Source: Candidatus Dojkabacteria bacterium
Lineage (GTDB): Bacteria > Patescibacteriota > Dojkabacteria > J137
Reading direction: 5' to 3'
Assembly: GCA_040006935.1 (NCBI GenBank)
Contig: JBDTVZ010000001.1
Location: 423,772-487,771, forward strand
Length of the DNA stretch: 64,000 nucleotides
Shown: positions 18,113 through 28,604 of the stretch, one piece after another
How the letters are laid out: each line of letters starts with the position of its first letter
How positions within the stretch are numbered: position 1 is the first letter of the stretch
Made by a program: the position numbers and the translations under genes
The notes under the pieces: model-generated
The model's input: the letters and a program-made list of their open reading frames with translations, nothing else
The model's database searches: none
Told to the model about the DNA's origin: nothing

Positions 18113-20038
18113 CTACTCGTTCTTGACTCTCAAGACTTCTTCGAGTGTTGTTACACCTTCGATTGCTTTTAAAAATCCATCCTGTATCATTGTAATCATT
18201 CCTTCGGAAATTGCAATATCATTGATTTCCTTGATAGTACTTTTCTTTACGATTGCTTGCGAGATAGTATCACTCATCTTTAATGCTTCAAATATACCTG
18301 TTCTACTTGTATACCCAGTGTTGTTACATTTCGGACAGCCTACCGCTTTATAAAGAATCACCTTATTAGTATTTTTATCAAAATGGAGTTTTAACTCATG
18401 CTCGGGTGTATAGATATTAAATTCATTCAATTTATCCAATTCTTTATGCATTTCTCCTAACATTTCTGGGGTAGCTTCAAAAGATTGCTTGCAATTAGTG
18501 CATAAAACCCTAACCAAACGTTGCCCAATAACTAAGTTGACAGTTGAGGAGAGCAAAAAAGGTTCAATTCCCATGTCTAGAAGACGAATAAAAGCGCCAC
18601 CCGAACTATTTGTATGAACCGTGGAAAGCACCAATCTACCTACTAAAGCTGATTGTATAGCGAGAGAAGCAGTTTCCGAATCTCGAATTTCTCCAACCAT
18701 GATAATGTCCGGGTCTTGCCTTAAGAAAGACCTTAATCCACTTGCAAATGTTAAACCAACCTCAGCATTAACCTGAACTTGATTAACTCCTTCAACTCGA
18801 ATTTCAACAGGATCTTCCAAAGTCATAATATTTACACCAACATTATTCAGAATTTTTAACGCACTTGATAAAGTTTGGGTTTTACCGCTTCCTGTTGGAC
18901 CCGTAACTAATATAACTCCTTGTGTTTTTTTCAATGCTTCTTTGAAACGTGCGAATGCGATTCCTCTCATGCCTAGTTCTTCCAGACTTAATGCACTTTC
19001 ATTCTTAGCCAAAAGCCTCATCACGATCTTTTCCCCATAAATGCTAGGCATAATGGAAACTCTAACATCAACAATTTGGTCTTCTGTTTTTATTTGGAAT
19101 CTCCCATCTTGAGGAACTCTTTTTTCGTCAATTTTTAAATCTGAAAGGATTTTTATTCTAGCAATTACAGAGTTCAATAAAGTCTTAGGAATAGTTAAAC
19201 CTTCAGTTAAAAGTCCTCGTACTCTGAATCTTACTACAACCATTTTCTCTCTTGGTTCAATATGAATGTCCGAAGCTTTATTCTTAACACCGTACTCCAG
19301 AATCATATTTACAATTCTGATGATTGGGGCATTTTCATTATCTGTAGACACATTCGCATCTTGATAACTTTTGTTTATATCTATTAAATTATCTCCTACT
19401 TCCTCCAACGCCTGATTTACATCATTACCTATTTGAGCTCCATATTTAGTATTGATAACATTATCAATTTCATCTTCCGCAGCGTAGTATGGTTCTATCT
19501 TTTTACCTATTATAGATTCTAGATATTTGATCTTTTGAAGATCAAGGGGATCCTTCATTGCCACCTTAACTTTTACTGGTAAGTCTTCAAAAACCACTGC
19601 CTGAGAAGATTTTGCAATATCTGCAGGTAATTTATTTAAAACTTCTAAATTAATAACTGCATCTGCTACATCTATATATCCAACTCCTCTCATTTCCGCG
19701 TATGTTTTCGCTAATTCTTTAAAAGTTATAGTGCTATGTTCTATTAGAACTTGATCTATAGTTTTGTTTGAATTAACTGCTTCAAATTTAAATGCGTTAT
19801 ACTGTTCATTAGTTATAATAGAACGAGCTAGGAGAGCATCTAGCAAATTTGATATGCCTCTAACAGAGACATTGCTCTGTGGAACAGCTCCAACGTTAGC
19901 TGGGGAAACGTTCACAGAAGGTTCAGAAGCGGTTTCACGACCTAGAACTTCCTTTGTTTTCTGCAGAATGTCATTTAAGGCTGCAGTTGAAACTGGAGGT
20001 GTAGGTTGGGTATTTTTATCTTGAAGAGCTGGATTCAT
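18113..20038 (-). CDS. pilB: type IV pilus assembly ATPase PilB (GspE family)
   Basis: 641 aa; N-terminal GSPII-type domain, Walker A GPTGSGKTQT, tetracysteine motif CTNC..CPKC. Confidence 0.85.
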   Translation of the reverse strand: MNPALQDKNTQPTPPVSTAALNDILQKTKEVLGRETASEPSVNVSPANVGAVPQSNVSVRGISNLLDALLARSIITNEQYNAFKFEAVNSNKTIDQVLIEHSTITFKELAKTYAEMRGVGYIDVADAVINLEVLNKLPADIAKSSQAVVFEDLPVKVKVAMKDPLDLQKIKYLESIIGKKIEPYYAAEDEIDNVINTKYGAQIGNDVNQALEEVGDNLIDINKSYQDANVSTDNENAPIIRIVNMILEYGVKNKASDIHIEPREKMVVVRFRVRGLLTEGLTIPKTLLNSVIARIKILSDLKIDEKRVPQDGRFQIKTEDQIVDVRVSIMPSIYGEKIVMRLLAKNESALSLEELGMRGIAFARFKEALKKTQGVILVTGPTGSGKTQTLSSALKILNNVGVNIMTLEDPVEIRVEGVNQVQVNAEVGLTFASGLRSFLRQDPDIIMVGEIRDSETASLAIQSALVGRLVLSTVHTNSSGGAFIRLLDMGIEPFLLSSTVNLVIGQRLVRVLCTNCKQSFEATPEMLGEMHKELDKLNEFNIYTPEHELKLHFDKNTNKVILYKAVGCPKCNNTGYTSRTGIFEALKMSDTISQAIVKKSTIKEINDIAISEGMITMIQDGFLKAIEGVTTLEEVLRVKNE

Positions 20039-20126
20039 TATCTGTTTTAAGATTTAGACATATTATTTAACTTAGACGCTATGTATACTATTATATACAC
20101 TTAACTGGATTTATTAAAGTAGATTT

Positions 20127-20759
20127 ATGCATTATCAACCTATTTTGCTTGATACTAAAGGTATAGATATCCTAGACAAAGATACTGTCTTAGATGAAGT
20201 CTCTAGAATATATAAACAATTAAAAGAATCTCTTTCTGTTTTTGAAATTAAAGCAGAAGGACAAAGCATTGGAGTTGAATCCTTGAAGAAATTTAGTAGT
20301 TGGCTTTGGAATAGAAATGATGAGCTAAAAGTTCTTATAGTTTTCCAGGCAGAGAAGCTTACCCTTGAAGCACAAAATTCATTACTCAAAATTGTAGAGG
20401 AGCCACCTGAGAAGACAGTTATTATCCTATCTAGCAGAAATTCGGACACTTTATTGCAAACTATTAACTCCCGTTGCATTACTATGGGGAAGGTAAGTAA
20501 AAGTAATGATGCAGTACAAATGCCAGCTTTCCTACAAGGTAATTACATAAACAGAATAAAACTTATAGATTCTTTGACTAAGGAAGATAATTCTAGAGAA
20601 AATGCTTTAAAGCTTGTTGAAGAATTGATAAACTATTATTTAGAAGATAAAGAGTATAGAATGAAATCGGACAAACTATTAGAAATATACTTAGGAATAA
20701 AGTCTGGAACAAATTTAAAATTATCTTTATCTTTAGTTAATCAATTAGTTAGCACATAA
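20127..20759 (+). CDS. holB: DNA polymerase III delta-prime subunit (short form)
   Basis: 210 aa; LLKIVEEPPEKTVIIL and TINSRC motifs of clamp-loader delta-prime. Confidence 0.65.
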   Translation: MHYQPILLDTKGIDILDKDTVLDEVSRIYKQLKESLSVFEIKAEGQSIGVESLKKFSSWLWNRNDELKVLIVFQAEKLTLEAQNSLLKIVEEPPEKTVIILSSRNSDTLLQTINSRCITMGKVSKSNDAVQMPAFLQGNYINRIKLIDSLTKEDNSRENALKLVEELINYYLEDKEYRMKSDKLLEIYLGIKSGTNLKLSLSLVNQLVST

Positions 20760-20784
20760 TATTTTTACTTATTATTAAACAGTT

Positions 20785-21360
20785 ATGAAGAAATTAGCTT
20801 TTGTACTTTATGCCTGGGGCAGCACGTTCCTTTTTGCATTTATAATCTATTGGCTAGCTACAATTCCCAACCTAAGTGCTGGAGATGTTGTTACTGATGA
20901 AGTTATAAAAGTTATTTTTAGATTAACACTATATGCAATATTATTTGTACTGATATATAGATCTGTAATTATTACTTTAAAAACAACAGTAGAAAGATTA
21001 TCCAAATGGAGATCCCGAAAAGAGGAAGCGGAAGACAGTGAATTTGTATTAATTGTCGAGACATTAGTAGTAATACTTGTAATTTTCGCAACAATTTCTT
21101 TTGCATTCTTTGAGCAACATGTTCAGTTCTATACAAATGGAAGGAATGGTGGAGCAGAGGTTGTGTTTATTAAAAAAGATGGCTTGGATGTTGCATATAT
21201 TCCACAGTCCTCAATTGCAGAGGCAAATAAGGGAGTATTAATTAGTGTAATGTCCACACTTTTAACAGCTATTGTAGTTTATAGTGTCCCAGTTATTGGT
21301 GAACTTGAAGTTGCCATAAAACATAAGTTGGATAGAGAAATTAAGCATAAAAAGAAATAA
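20785..21360 (+). CDS. hypothetical membrane protein (4 predicted TM)
   Basis: 191 aa ORF with hydrophobic segments; no family motif recognised. Confidence 0.45.
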   Translation: MKKLAFVLYAWGSTFLFAFIIYWLATIPNLSAGDVVTDEVIKVIFRLTLYAILFVLIYRSVIITLKTTVERLSKWRSRKEEAEDSEFVLIVETLVVILVIFATISFAFFEQHVQFYTNGRNGGAEVVFIKKDGLDVAYIPQSSIAEANKGVLISVMSTLLTAIVVYSVPVIGELEVAIKHKLDREIKHKKK

Positions 21361-21448
21361 GAAAACCTAGATAAAAGCCCGAAACCTATATCTATTAGTA
21401 AGATAGAGTTCTCGGGCTTACTTATCCAATATAGCTAACATTATTGGG

Positions 21449-21476
21449 TTGACTTTTTACCAATCTAATCTAAAAT
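21449..21476 (+). promoter_or_regulatory. sigma70-like promoter of gyrB (TTGACT-16-TAAAAT)
   Basis: Consensus -35 and -10 hexamers 9 nt upstream of ATG 21485; the ORF-track start at 21449 is the TTG inside the -35 box. Confidence 0.5.
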
Positions 21477-21484
21477 CTGTGGGT

Positions 21485-23413
21485 ATGTCAAATTCAGAAA
21501 AAAATACAAAAAATAACGATTACAATGCTTCAAACATTACTGTTTTAAAAGGGTTAGAAGCTGTAAGGAAGAGACCAGCCATGTATATTGGTGGAACAGA
21601 CGAAGCTGGATTACATCATTTGATTTGGGAAATTGTAGATAATGCTATTGATGAAGCTCTAGCTGGGTTTGCTACAGATGTTCAAGTCGGATTAAATGAA
21701 GATGGTTCTGTAACTGTACAAGATAATGGTAGAGGAATTCCTGTAGATATTCACCCAATAGAAAAAGTCAGTGCTTTAGAACTTGCAGCAACTGTTTTAC
21801 ACGCTGGAGGTAAATTCGACAAAAATACTTACAAAGTGAGCTCAGGATTACACGGAGTCGGTCTATCAGTGGTCAATGCTTTAAGTGAATGGTGTAAAAT
21901 CGAAGTCTTCAAAAATGGGAAAGTATATATTCAAGAATATAAAATTGGTATTCCTAATTATTCGGTAAAGGAAGCAGGAAAAACAGATATCAGTGGAACC
22001 AAAGTAACCTTCAAGCCAGATGCTACTATTTTCAACTCAGTAAGCTTTAATTATAAAACTGTTTCTTCCAGATTAAGGCAGAACGCATACTTAAACGGAG
22101 GAATTAAATTTGAGATTGTAGATAGACGAAAAGGTGATGAAGATTATTATGCATTCTTATTTAGAGGAGGATTAAAATCTTACATTAAGCATTTAAATGC
22201 TCATTTAAAAACTCCGCAGAAAAATATTTTTTATTCAAAAAGAACTCAAGATGATATTGAAGTAGAGGTTGCCATACAATACACAGACGATATTCAAACA
22301 AATGAATATGCTTATGCTAATAACGTTCCTAACCCAGATGGTGGAACACATGTTTCTGGTTTAAGAATGGCATTAACTAAAAGTATTAACTCCTACTTAG
22401 AAGAATTCGGAACTGAGAAAGAAAAAGAATTTAAATTAACTGGAGAGGATGTGCGAGAAGGAATCACCGCAGCAATTTCTGTTAAGCTTTCTGAACCTCA
22501 GTTTGAGGGGCAAACCAAAGGTAAATTAAATAACCAAGAGGTTACGCAGGCAGTACGAAAAGTTGTAGAGGAAGATTTGAAAATATTCTTAAAAGAAAAT
22601 CCAGTAGACGCTAAAGCTATAATGGCTAAAGTTATGCTTGCAAACAAAGCAAGGACAGCTGCCAAAGCTGCTAGAGATGCCGTTATTAGAAAAAGTGTAT
22701 TTGAAGGAGGTGGATTACCAGGTAAACTAGCCGATTGTTCATCAAAGGATCCAAAAAATTCGGAAATGATGATTGTAGAAGGAGATTCTGCAGGTGGTTC
22801 TGCGAAGCAAGGTAGAGATAGACATACCCAAGCTGTATTCCCACTTAAGGGTAAACCGTTAAATGTAGAAAAATATAGATTAGACAAAGTTTTAGCTAAT
22901 GTTGAACTGAGTGATTTAATTAGAGCTTTAGGCTGTGGAATAGGGCAGACTATTGAAATGAGTAAGCTAAGATATCATACAATTATATTAATGGCCGATG
23001 CAGATGTTGATGGTAATCATATTAATACATTATTGCTAACATTATTTTATAGATATCTTAAACCAGTTATTGAGAATGGTCATTTATATATTTCTCAACC
23101 CCCTTTATTTAAAGTAATCTTCTCTGCAAATGATAGTGTTTGGGTTAAAGATGATGCAGCTCTAGAGAAATTATTGAAAGAAAGAAAGCCCGCAAAAGCA
23201 CCAACAATACAAAGGTTTAAAGGTTTAGGAGAAATGAATCCTCAACAACTTTGGGAAACTACATTAGACCCAAAAACAAGACAATTAAAGAAAGTTGTAA
23301 TCGATGATGCAGAAGAAGCAAATAAAATGTTTGACGTTTTGATGGGGGAAGAAGTAGCGCCAAGAAGAAAGTTTATTGAAATGTATTCAGAAGAAGCAGA
23401 ATTAGATTATTAA
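21485..23413 (+). CDS. gyrB: DNA gyrase subunit B
   Basis: GHKL ATPase, TOPRIM (EGDSAGGS) and C-terminal gyrB motifs; start moved to ATG 21485. Confidence 0.95.
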   Translation: MSNSEKNTKNNDYNASNITVLKGLEAVRKRPAMYIGGTDEAGLHHLIWEIVDNAIDEALAGFATDVQVGLNEDGSVTVQDNGRGIPVDIHPIEKVSALELAATVLHAGGKFDKNTYKVSSGLHGVGLSVVNALSEWCKIEVFKNGKVYIQEYKIGIPNYSVKEAGKTDISGTKVTFKPDATIFNSVSFNYKTVSSRLRQNAYLNGGIKFEIVDRRKGDEDYYAFLFRGGLKSYIKHLNAHLKTPQKNIFYSKRTQDDIEVEVAIQYTDDIQTNEYAYANNVPNPDGGTHVSGLRMALTKSINSYLEEFGTEKEKEFKLTGEDVREGITAAISVKLSEPQFEGQTKGKLNNQEVTQAVRKVVEEDLKIFLKENPVDAKAIMAKVMLANKARTAAKAARDAVIRKSVFEGGGLPGKLADCSSKDPKNSEMMIVEGDSAGGSAKQGRDRHTQAVFPLKGKPLNVEKYRLDKVLANVELSDLIRALGCGIGQTIEMSKLRYHTIILMADADVDGNHINTLLLTLFYRYLKPVIENGHLYISQPPLFKVIFSANDSVWVKDDAALEKLLKERKPAKAPTIQRFKGLGEMNPQQLWETTLDPKTRQLKKVVIDDAEEANKMFDVLMGEEVAPRRKFIEMYSEEAELDY

Positions 23414-23431
23414 ATTAGTTAAATAATTAAT

Positions 23432-24082
23432 ATGGAAGAGACTAAACCAGAAAAGAAAAAATCTAATAAGAAAATTATAATCATAGTTCTTCTAATAGTT
23501 TTATCTTTATGTTGCGTTGTTTGTGCAGGTTTAACTTATGTTGGATATCAAGGTGTTGTGGACGCTGCTAAGAAAGCTGATGCAGATGCTGCAAAAATAC
23601 TTCAAGATGAGAAACCCGTAAAGGTAACCCCTACTACAAATGAACCTATTTCAACTGAAGATTCATCCTACAAAGATTTTAAAATTGGTGATTCTATTAG
23701 AATTAATAATGTAATGGTTGTAACCGTAGTTTCTGCAGAAGAGTATGTGTATAATAATAGCTTTGGTGATTTCGCAGATCCGTTCAATGGAACTTATTAT
23801 ATTTTCAAGGTAGAAATGACAAATATTTCCGATAAGAAAGTATATACTCCAACTTTATCACTTTACGATATGAATACTGGAGTAAGTGATAGTATTGGGA
23901 CAGTAATAAAACAGGAGCTTTCCGATTTTCCACTATATGTAAATGTTGACCCTGGGAAGAAGGTTTCTGGTTACATTCAATTTGAAAAGACAGCAGACAT
24001 GGCAAAAGAAAATTTATACGTACAAGTAACAGACCATACTTTATTAACAGACTCAAAAATAGTAAACATTAAGGCTTTTTAA
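23432..24082 (+). CDS. membrane-anchored extracytoplasmic protein (DUF4352-like beta domain), inserted between gyrB and gyrA
   Basis: 216 aa; N-terminal TM, then beta-rich domain (YIFKVEMTNISDKKVY...VDPGKKVSGYIQFE). Confidence 0.45.
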   Translation: MEETKPEKKKSNKKIIIIVLLIVLSLCCVVCAGLTYVGYQGVVDAAKKADADAAKILQDEKPVKVTPTTNEPISTEDSSYKDFKIGDSIRINNVMVVTVVSAEEYVYNNSFGDFADPFNGTYYIFKVEMTNISDKKVYTPTLSLYDMNTGVSDSIGTVIKQELSDFPLYVNVDPGKKVSGYIQFEKTADMAKENLYVQVTDHTLLTDSKIVNIKAF

Positions 24083-24085
24083 ACT

Positions 24086-26743
24086 ATGGCAGACGAAGTT
24101 GAAAATAAAATAGAAGAGGAAGGAATTTTATTAGACAGTGTTGTTCCAGGAACACACACTGCAGAAGGATCTACTGAAGGTGGAATTGTCAAGGAGCTTA
24201 AACAAAGCTACATTAACTACGCCATGAGCGTTATTGTAGCTAGAGCATTACCAGAGGTTAGAGATGGTTTAAAACCAGTACAACGAAGAATCTTATACGC
24301 AATGTATAAAATGGGCATTATGCCAGGTTCTGCATATAAAAAAGTCGCAAGAATTTCGGGAGAAACAATGGGTAAGTACCATCCACACGGAGATGCATCT
24401 ATTAACGATGCACTTGTTAGAATGGCACAGGAATTTAACCTAAGATACCCACTTATTGAAGGTCAGGGAAACTTTGGATCTATTGATGGAGACTCTGCTG
24501 CTGCTGCCAGATACATTGAAGCTAGACTTGCAAAAGTTGGAGCCAGGATGATGGACGGAGTAGAGCACACAGTAACTTATGGACCAAACTATGATGGGAA
24601 CGAGACTGAGCCGTTGGTTTTACCTACTGCACTTCCTAACCTTTTAATTAACGGTAGTGAAGGTATCGCTGTTGGTATGGCAACAAAAATCCCACCCCAC
24701 AACTTGAATGAGGTTGTAAATGCAGTATTAAGAACAATCGATAACGGTAATAGCTGGAGTTTTGAAAGTTTAAAAAAGTTAGGAATAAATTACGAAACAG
24801 ATATAAAAACAATTGCAGATATAGATAACTTAAATAAAGATAGATTCCACCGATTCGAGAGTGAAATTGATATTAAGGAATTATTAAAGGATATCAAAGG
24901 TCCAGACTTCCCAACAGGAGCAACAATGTACAATCAAAAGAACATTGCTTTAATTTACGAAACTGGTAGAGGTAGTGTTTTAATGAGAGCTGTTTCACAA
25001 ATTGAAGAAATGAAGGGTGGTAGGTTTAGAATTATCATTACAGAACTTCCTTATCAAGTTAATAAATCAGTTTTATTAGCTAGGATAGCTCAATTGTATA
25101 AAGATAAAAAGATAGAAGGAATCTCAGACTTAAGAGATGAATCTAACAGAGAAGGAATTAGAATTGTTGTAGAAATAAAAAGAGAAGCAAAGCCTAAGAC
25201 TGTTGAAAATCAATTATATAAATATACTGAATTACAAAAGAACTTTAGCGCAAACATGCTCGCTCTTGTTAATGGAGAGCCTAAATTATTGAATTTAAGA
25301 GAATATGTTCAATACTTCATATCTCATAGACAAGAAATTGTAATTAGAAAGAATGAATTTGAATTAGGTAAAGCAAGAGAAAGAGAGCATATTCTGGAAG
25401 GTTTAATGATCGCATTAGACCATTTGGATGAAGTAATTGCTACTATTAGAAAATCTAAAGATGTTGATGTTGCAAAGACAAATTTAATGAAGTTATTCAA
25501 GCTTTCAGACATTCAAGCACAGGCTATTTTAGATATGAGACTTGCAAGGTTAGCAGCACTTGAAAGAGAAAAAATTGAGAACGAATATAAAGAAGTTGTA
25601 AAAACTATCAAAGAATTAATCAAGCTCTTGAATTCACCAGAGGAAATTTTGAATATTATAAAACTAGAACTAGCAGACATTAAGGAAAAATACGGAGATG
25701 CTAGAAGAACAAAAGTGTTTAAAGGCGATGTTGATGAATTGAATGAAGAAGATCTTATAACAAACGAGAAAACCTTTGTAATGATTAGTACACAAGGTTA
25801 TATAAAGAGAGTAAAAAATGATACTTACAGAGTACAGAATAGAGGAGGCCAAGGCAAAAGAGCAGTAGCAACAAAAGAGGACGATAGTGTTAGGCATGTC
25901 TTTGATTGTAATACTCACGACGAGATTATGTTCTTTACAAACAGAGGAAAGGTTTATATTTTGAAAGTATATGAAATTCCTGAATACGGAGCAACAGCGA
26001 AAGGCTTACCTATTGTAAATTTGATTAATATTTCTAATGGAGAATTAGTAACTAGCGTACTGACAAGATCTGCTACAGGTAAGATTTTAGATGAAGATGT
26101 GGCACAAGAAGATGAGGAAAAGAAAGAAAAACTAGGAAAGGATTATAAATTCTTATTCATGGCTACAAAGAAGGGAGTAGTGAAGAAAACAACACTCGAG
26201 GACTTTGCAAGTATTAGATCCAATGGTTTAATAGCTTTGACTTTAACTGAGGGCGATGAATTAATCTGGGTCAAGCCAACAGATGGTAAAGATGAAATTA
26301 TCTTAGTATCTAAGTTGGCTAAGTCTATTCACTTTCATGAAGAGGATGTTCGTGAAACAGGTCGATCTTCTCAAGGTGTAAGAGGAATTAGACTAAAATC
26401 TGAAGATGAAGTCATATCTATGGATATTGTTAGAAAGCAAGAAGATATGATGCTTACAATATCTGAGCATGGATTTGGAAAAATGACTCAATTATCACAA
26501 TTTACTCTTCAAAAAAGAGGAGGTTCTGGAATATTTGCAGCTAGAGTTAACTCTAAAACTGGTAGTCTAGTTGTTGCAAGAGTTTTGGACCATCCAAATA
26601 AGGAATTGCTGATTTTAAGCACAAAAGGACAAGCAATAAAAATTCCTACAAACGCTTTACCTGAAAGGAATAGACAAACTGCGGGAGTAACTCTGATGAG
26701 AGTTAAAGACGGAGATAAAGTTGCTGCTGTAGCAATTGTGTAA
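24086..26743 (+). CDS. gyrA: DNA gyrase subunit A
   Basis: 885 aa; active-site region AARYIEARL, QRR motif, C-terminal beta-pinwheel repeats. Confidence 0.95.
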   Translation: MADEVENKIEEEGILLDSVVPGTHTAEGSTEGGIVKELKQSYINYAMSVIVARALPEVRDGLKPVQRRILYAMYKMGIMPGSAYKKVARISGETMGKYHPHGDASINDALVRMAQEFNLRYPLIEGQGNFGSIDGDSAAAARYIEARLAKVGARMMDGVEHTVTYGPNYDGNETEPLVLPTALPNLLINGSEGIAVGMATKIPPHNLNEVVNAVLRTIDNGNSWSFESLKKLGINYETDIKTIADIDNLNKDRFHRFESEIDIKELLKDIKGPDFPTGATMYNQKNIALIYETGRGSVLMRAVSQIEEMKGGRFRIIITELPYQVNKSVLLARIAQLYKDKKIEGISDLRDESNREGIRIVVEIKREAKPKTVENQLYKYTELQKNFSANMLALVNGEPKLLNLREYVQYFISHRQEIVIRKNEFELGKAREREHILEGLMIALDHLDEVIATIRKSKDVDVAKTNLMKLFKLSDIQAQAILDMRLARLAALEREKIENEYKEVVKTIKELIKLLNSPEEILNIIKLELADIKEKYGDARRTKVFKGDVDELNEEDLITNEKTFVMISTQGYIKRVKNDTYRVQNRGGQGKRAVATKEDDSVRHVFDCNTHDEIMFFTNRGKVYILKVYEIPEYGATAKGLPIVNLINISNGELVTSVLTRSATGKILDEDVAQEDEEKKEKLGKDYKFLFMATKKGVVKKTTLEDFASIRSNGLIALTLTEGDELIWVKPTDGKDEIILVSKLAKSIHFHEEDVRETGRSSQGVRGIRLKSEDEVISMDIVRKQEDMMLTISEHGFGKMTQLSQFTLQKRGGSGIFAARVNSKTGSLVVARVLDHPNKELLILSTKGQAIKIPTNALPERNRQTAGVTLMRVKDGDKVAAVAIV

Positions 26744-26755
26744 TAAAATAGAGAT

Positions 26756-27397
26756 ATGTCTTCTTCAAAAGAATACTGGAATAAAAAATTAATTGACTAT
26801 GCAAAAGAAGACTGGAGTGCTAAGCCATCCATATTTGCAGAATTTGCTGTTCAATACTTTCCCGAAATAGGCAAAATCCTAGAATTAGCTTCAGGAGTTG
26901 GGCAAGACGGTAGATTTTTTGCTGGGAAAGGTTACGGTGTCACCCAAACTGATTTTTCAGAAACTTCTTTAGAATATTTAGAACTTCTAAAAGGTTTACC
27001 CAATATTAAAAATCAACCTTTAGATATGAGCAAGGATTTCCCTTTTGAAAAAGGAAGCTTTGATGTTGTTTACTGTCATTTAGGAATACATTACTTTGAC
27101 AAAAGAACTACAGAAAAAATCTTTTCCGAAATTAATAGAGTACTAAAGGGTGGAGGAGTGATAGCATTGTTAGTTAATTCTAATGAAGACCCAGAGATTA
27201 AAGAGAGTGATAAAATAGAAGATGGGCTCTACCGATTCAAAGATATTCAAAAAAGATATTTTAGTATTGAAGATATACATGACTATGCAAAATCTTTTGA
27301 AATTTTAATTGCAGATAATCAAGGAACAACTTATAAAGATACTGCCATGGGAGTTTCTAATTTAATAAGATTTATTGGAAGAAAAAGTCTAACTTAA
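26756..27397 (+). CDS. class I SAM-dependent methyltransferase
   Basis: 213 aa; LELASGVGQDGRFF motif I and VLKGGGVIAL motif. Confidence 0.7.
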   Translation: MSSSKEYWNKKLIDYAKEDWSAKPSIFAEFAVQYFPEIGKILELASGVGQDGRFFAGKGYGVTQTDFSETSLEYLELLKGLPNIKNQPLDMSKDFPFEKGSFDVVYCHLGIHYFDKRTTEKIFSEINRVLKGGGVIALLVNSNEDPEIKESDKIEDGLYRFKDIQKRYFSIEDIHDYAKSFEILIADNQGTTYKDTAMGVSNLIRFIGRKSLT

Positions 27398-27425
27398 ATA
27401 CCTTCAAATTATACTCAGTAAGTTA

Positions 27426-27977
27426 TTACCCTGTGATTACTTTTTCAAATAAGCCATATTCATCATCTCCGTCCATCATTGTACCGACTCGTTGATATCC
27501 TTTATGAATATAGAAATTAACAACTTGAGTGAAAGATATTCTGGAATCAAATCTGATTGCATTGCAGCCTCGTTTTATTGCTTCAATTTCGGCCAGTTTA
27601 AGAAGTTTTGAAGCTAAGCCTGAACCTTGATGAGCAGGTACAACACCTAAAGCACTTACCCACAATGCTTTTGTATTTTCTAATTTTGATGAAGGGAATT
27701 TCTGAGTATAGTCTAGTGTTCCACCATTCGGACCATCTTCGTTGTTAGTATAGTAAGGTGGAGCTTCTTCAGATAAGGTCATAGTCGCAACAGCTTCACC
27801 TTCTAAATACTCAACATAAACATCTCCATATTTTAATTTTTCCTTCACCACCTCTCTTGTATAATAGTTTTTCCAATGATTCATTCCATGTTCGGTAGCC
27901 ATCCAAGCTGAACATTTAGAGATTACAGAAAATATATCTTCAAGCTTTGATTCATCAGCTTTTAAGATTTCTTCCAT
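27426..27977 (-). CDS. GNAT family N-acetyltransferase
   Basis: 183 aa; acetyl-CoA binding motif VPAHQGSGLASKLLKLAE. Confidence 0.7.
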   Translation of the reverse strand: MEEILKADESKLEDIFSVISKCSAWMATEHGMNHWKNYYTREVVKEKLKYGDVYVEYLEGEAVATMTLSEEAPPYYTNNEDGPNGGTLDYTQKFPSSKLENTKALWVSALGVVPAHQGSGLASKLLKLAEIEAIKRGCNAIRFDSRISFTQVVNFYIHKGYQRVGTMMDGDDEYGLFEKVITG

Positions 27978-28163
27978 TTTTATAAATTAAGATTTAAAAA
28001 ATTAGGTCCAAATTTTCAATTTCTAGGATTTCTAGTAATCTTCCGTCCTAAGTGAAATCTTTCAACGTATATTTTATCATCTTAAAACGAACTGTGCCTT
28101 AAAACGCGTTTAAACGCGAAACCCTGGTTTGTATTTACAAGTAAAGTGATTAGCTTGTTGTTG

Positions 28164-28604
28164 TTATATATTTGAAAAAGTTAACTCTAATTCTATAAAA
28201 TAACACTCAACATTCATATTTTCATCCTTAACTGAATCTATCAAGTCTTCATTCAAACTGCTCAAACGCTTAGAAGATACTTGGTAGCTATACGCTAGCC
28301 CTTTTATTTCTCTAAGTGCCTTGTTGATGAGTTGATATTCAGGACCTGCAATAAATATACGTACTTGGGTATGCTGATTGTCTTTACGTGGAAAAGGAAG
28401 GTCGTCAATTTCAGCAGTAATCCCAAAGTAAACAAAGTTATCATCCAACCCTCTTATTTCATCTTGAGTGTATCCACCCAAAGATTTGTTCAATCTCTCA
28501 ATTTCACATACAAATTCGGACGCCCCAGAATAATGATCCGATGTTTCCGCGTTAAGAATATCTTGTAGTGTAATTTGAGAAAAACCTGCATTCTCTTCCA
28601 TCAT
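28164..28604 (-). CDS. hypothetical protein
   Basis: 146 aa ORF with ATGATG start; no recognisable motif. Confidence 0.4.
   Translation of the reverse strand: MMEENAGFSQITLQDILNAETSDHYSGASEFVCEIERLNKSLGGYTQDEIRGLDDNFVYFGITAEIDDLPFPRKDNQHTQVRIFIAGPEYQLINKALREIKGLAYSYQVSSKRLSSLNEDLIDSVKDENMNVECYFIELELTFSNI

Noticed and set aside
22498-22887. 129-aa ORF antisense within gyrB. Similar antisense ORFs lie at 3313..3528, 3939..4142, 25324..25512 and 25670..25918 inside recG/gyrA
   Set aside because: They lie entirely inside conserved housekeeping genes on the opposite strand, with no SD and a composition mirroring the sense gene.
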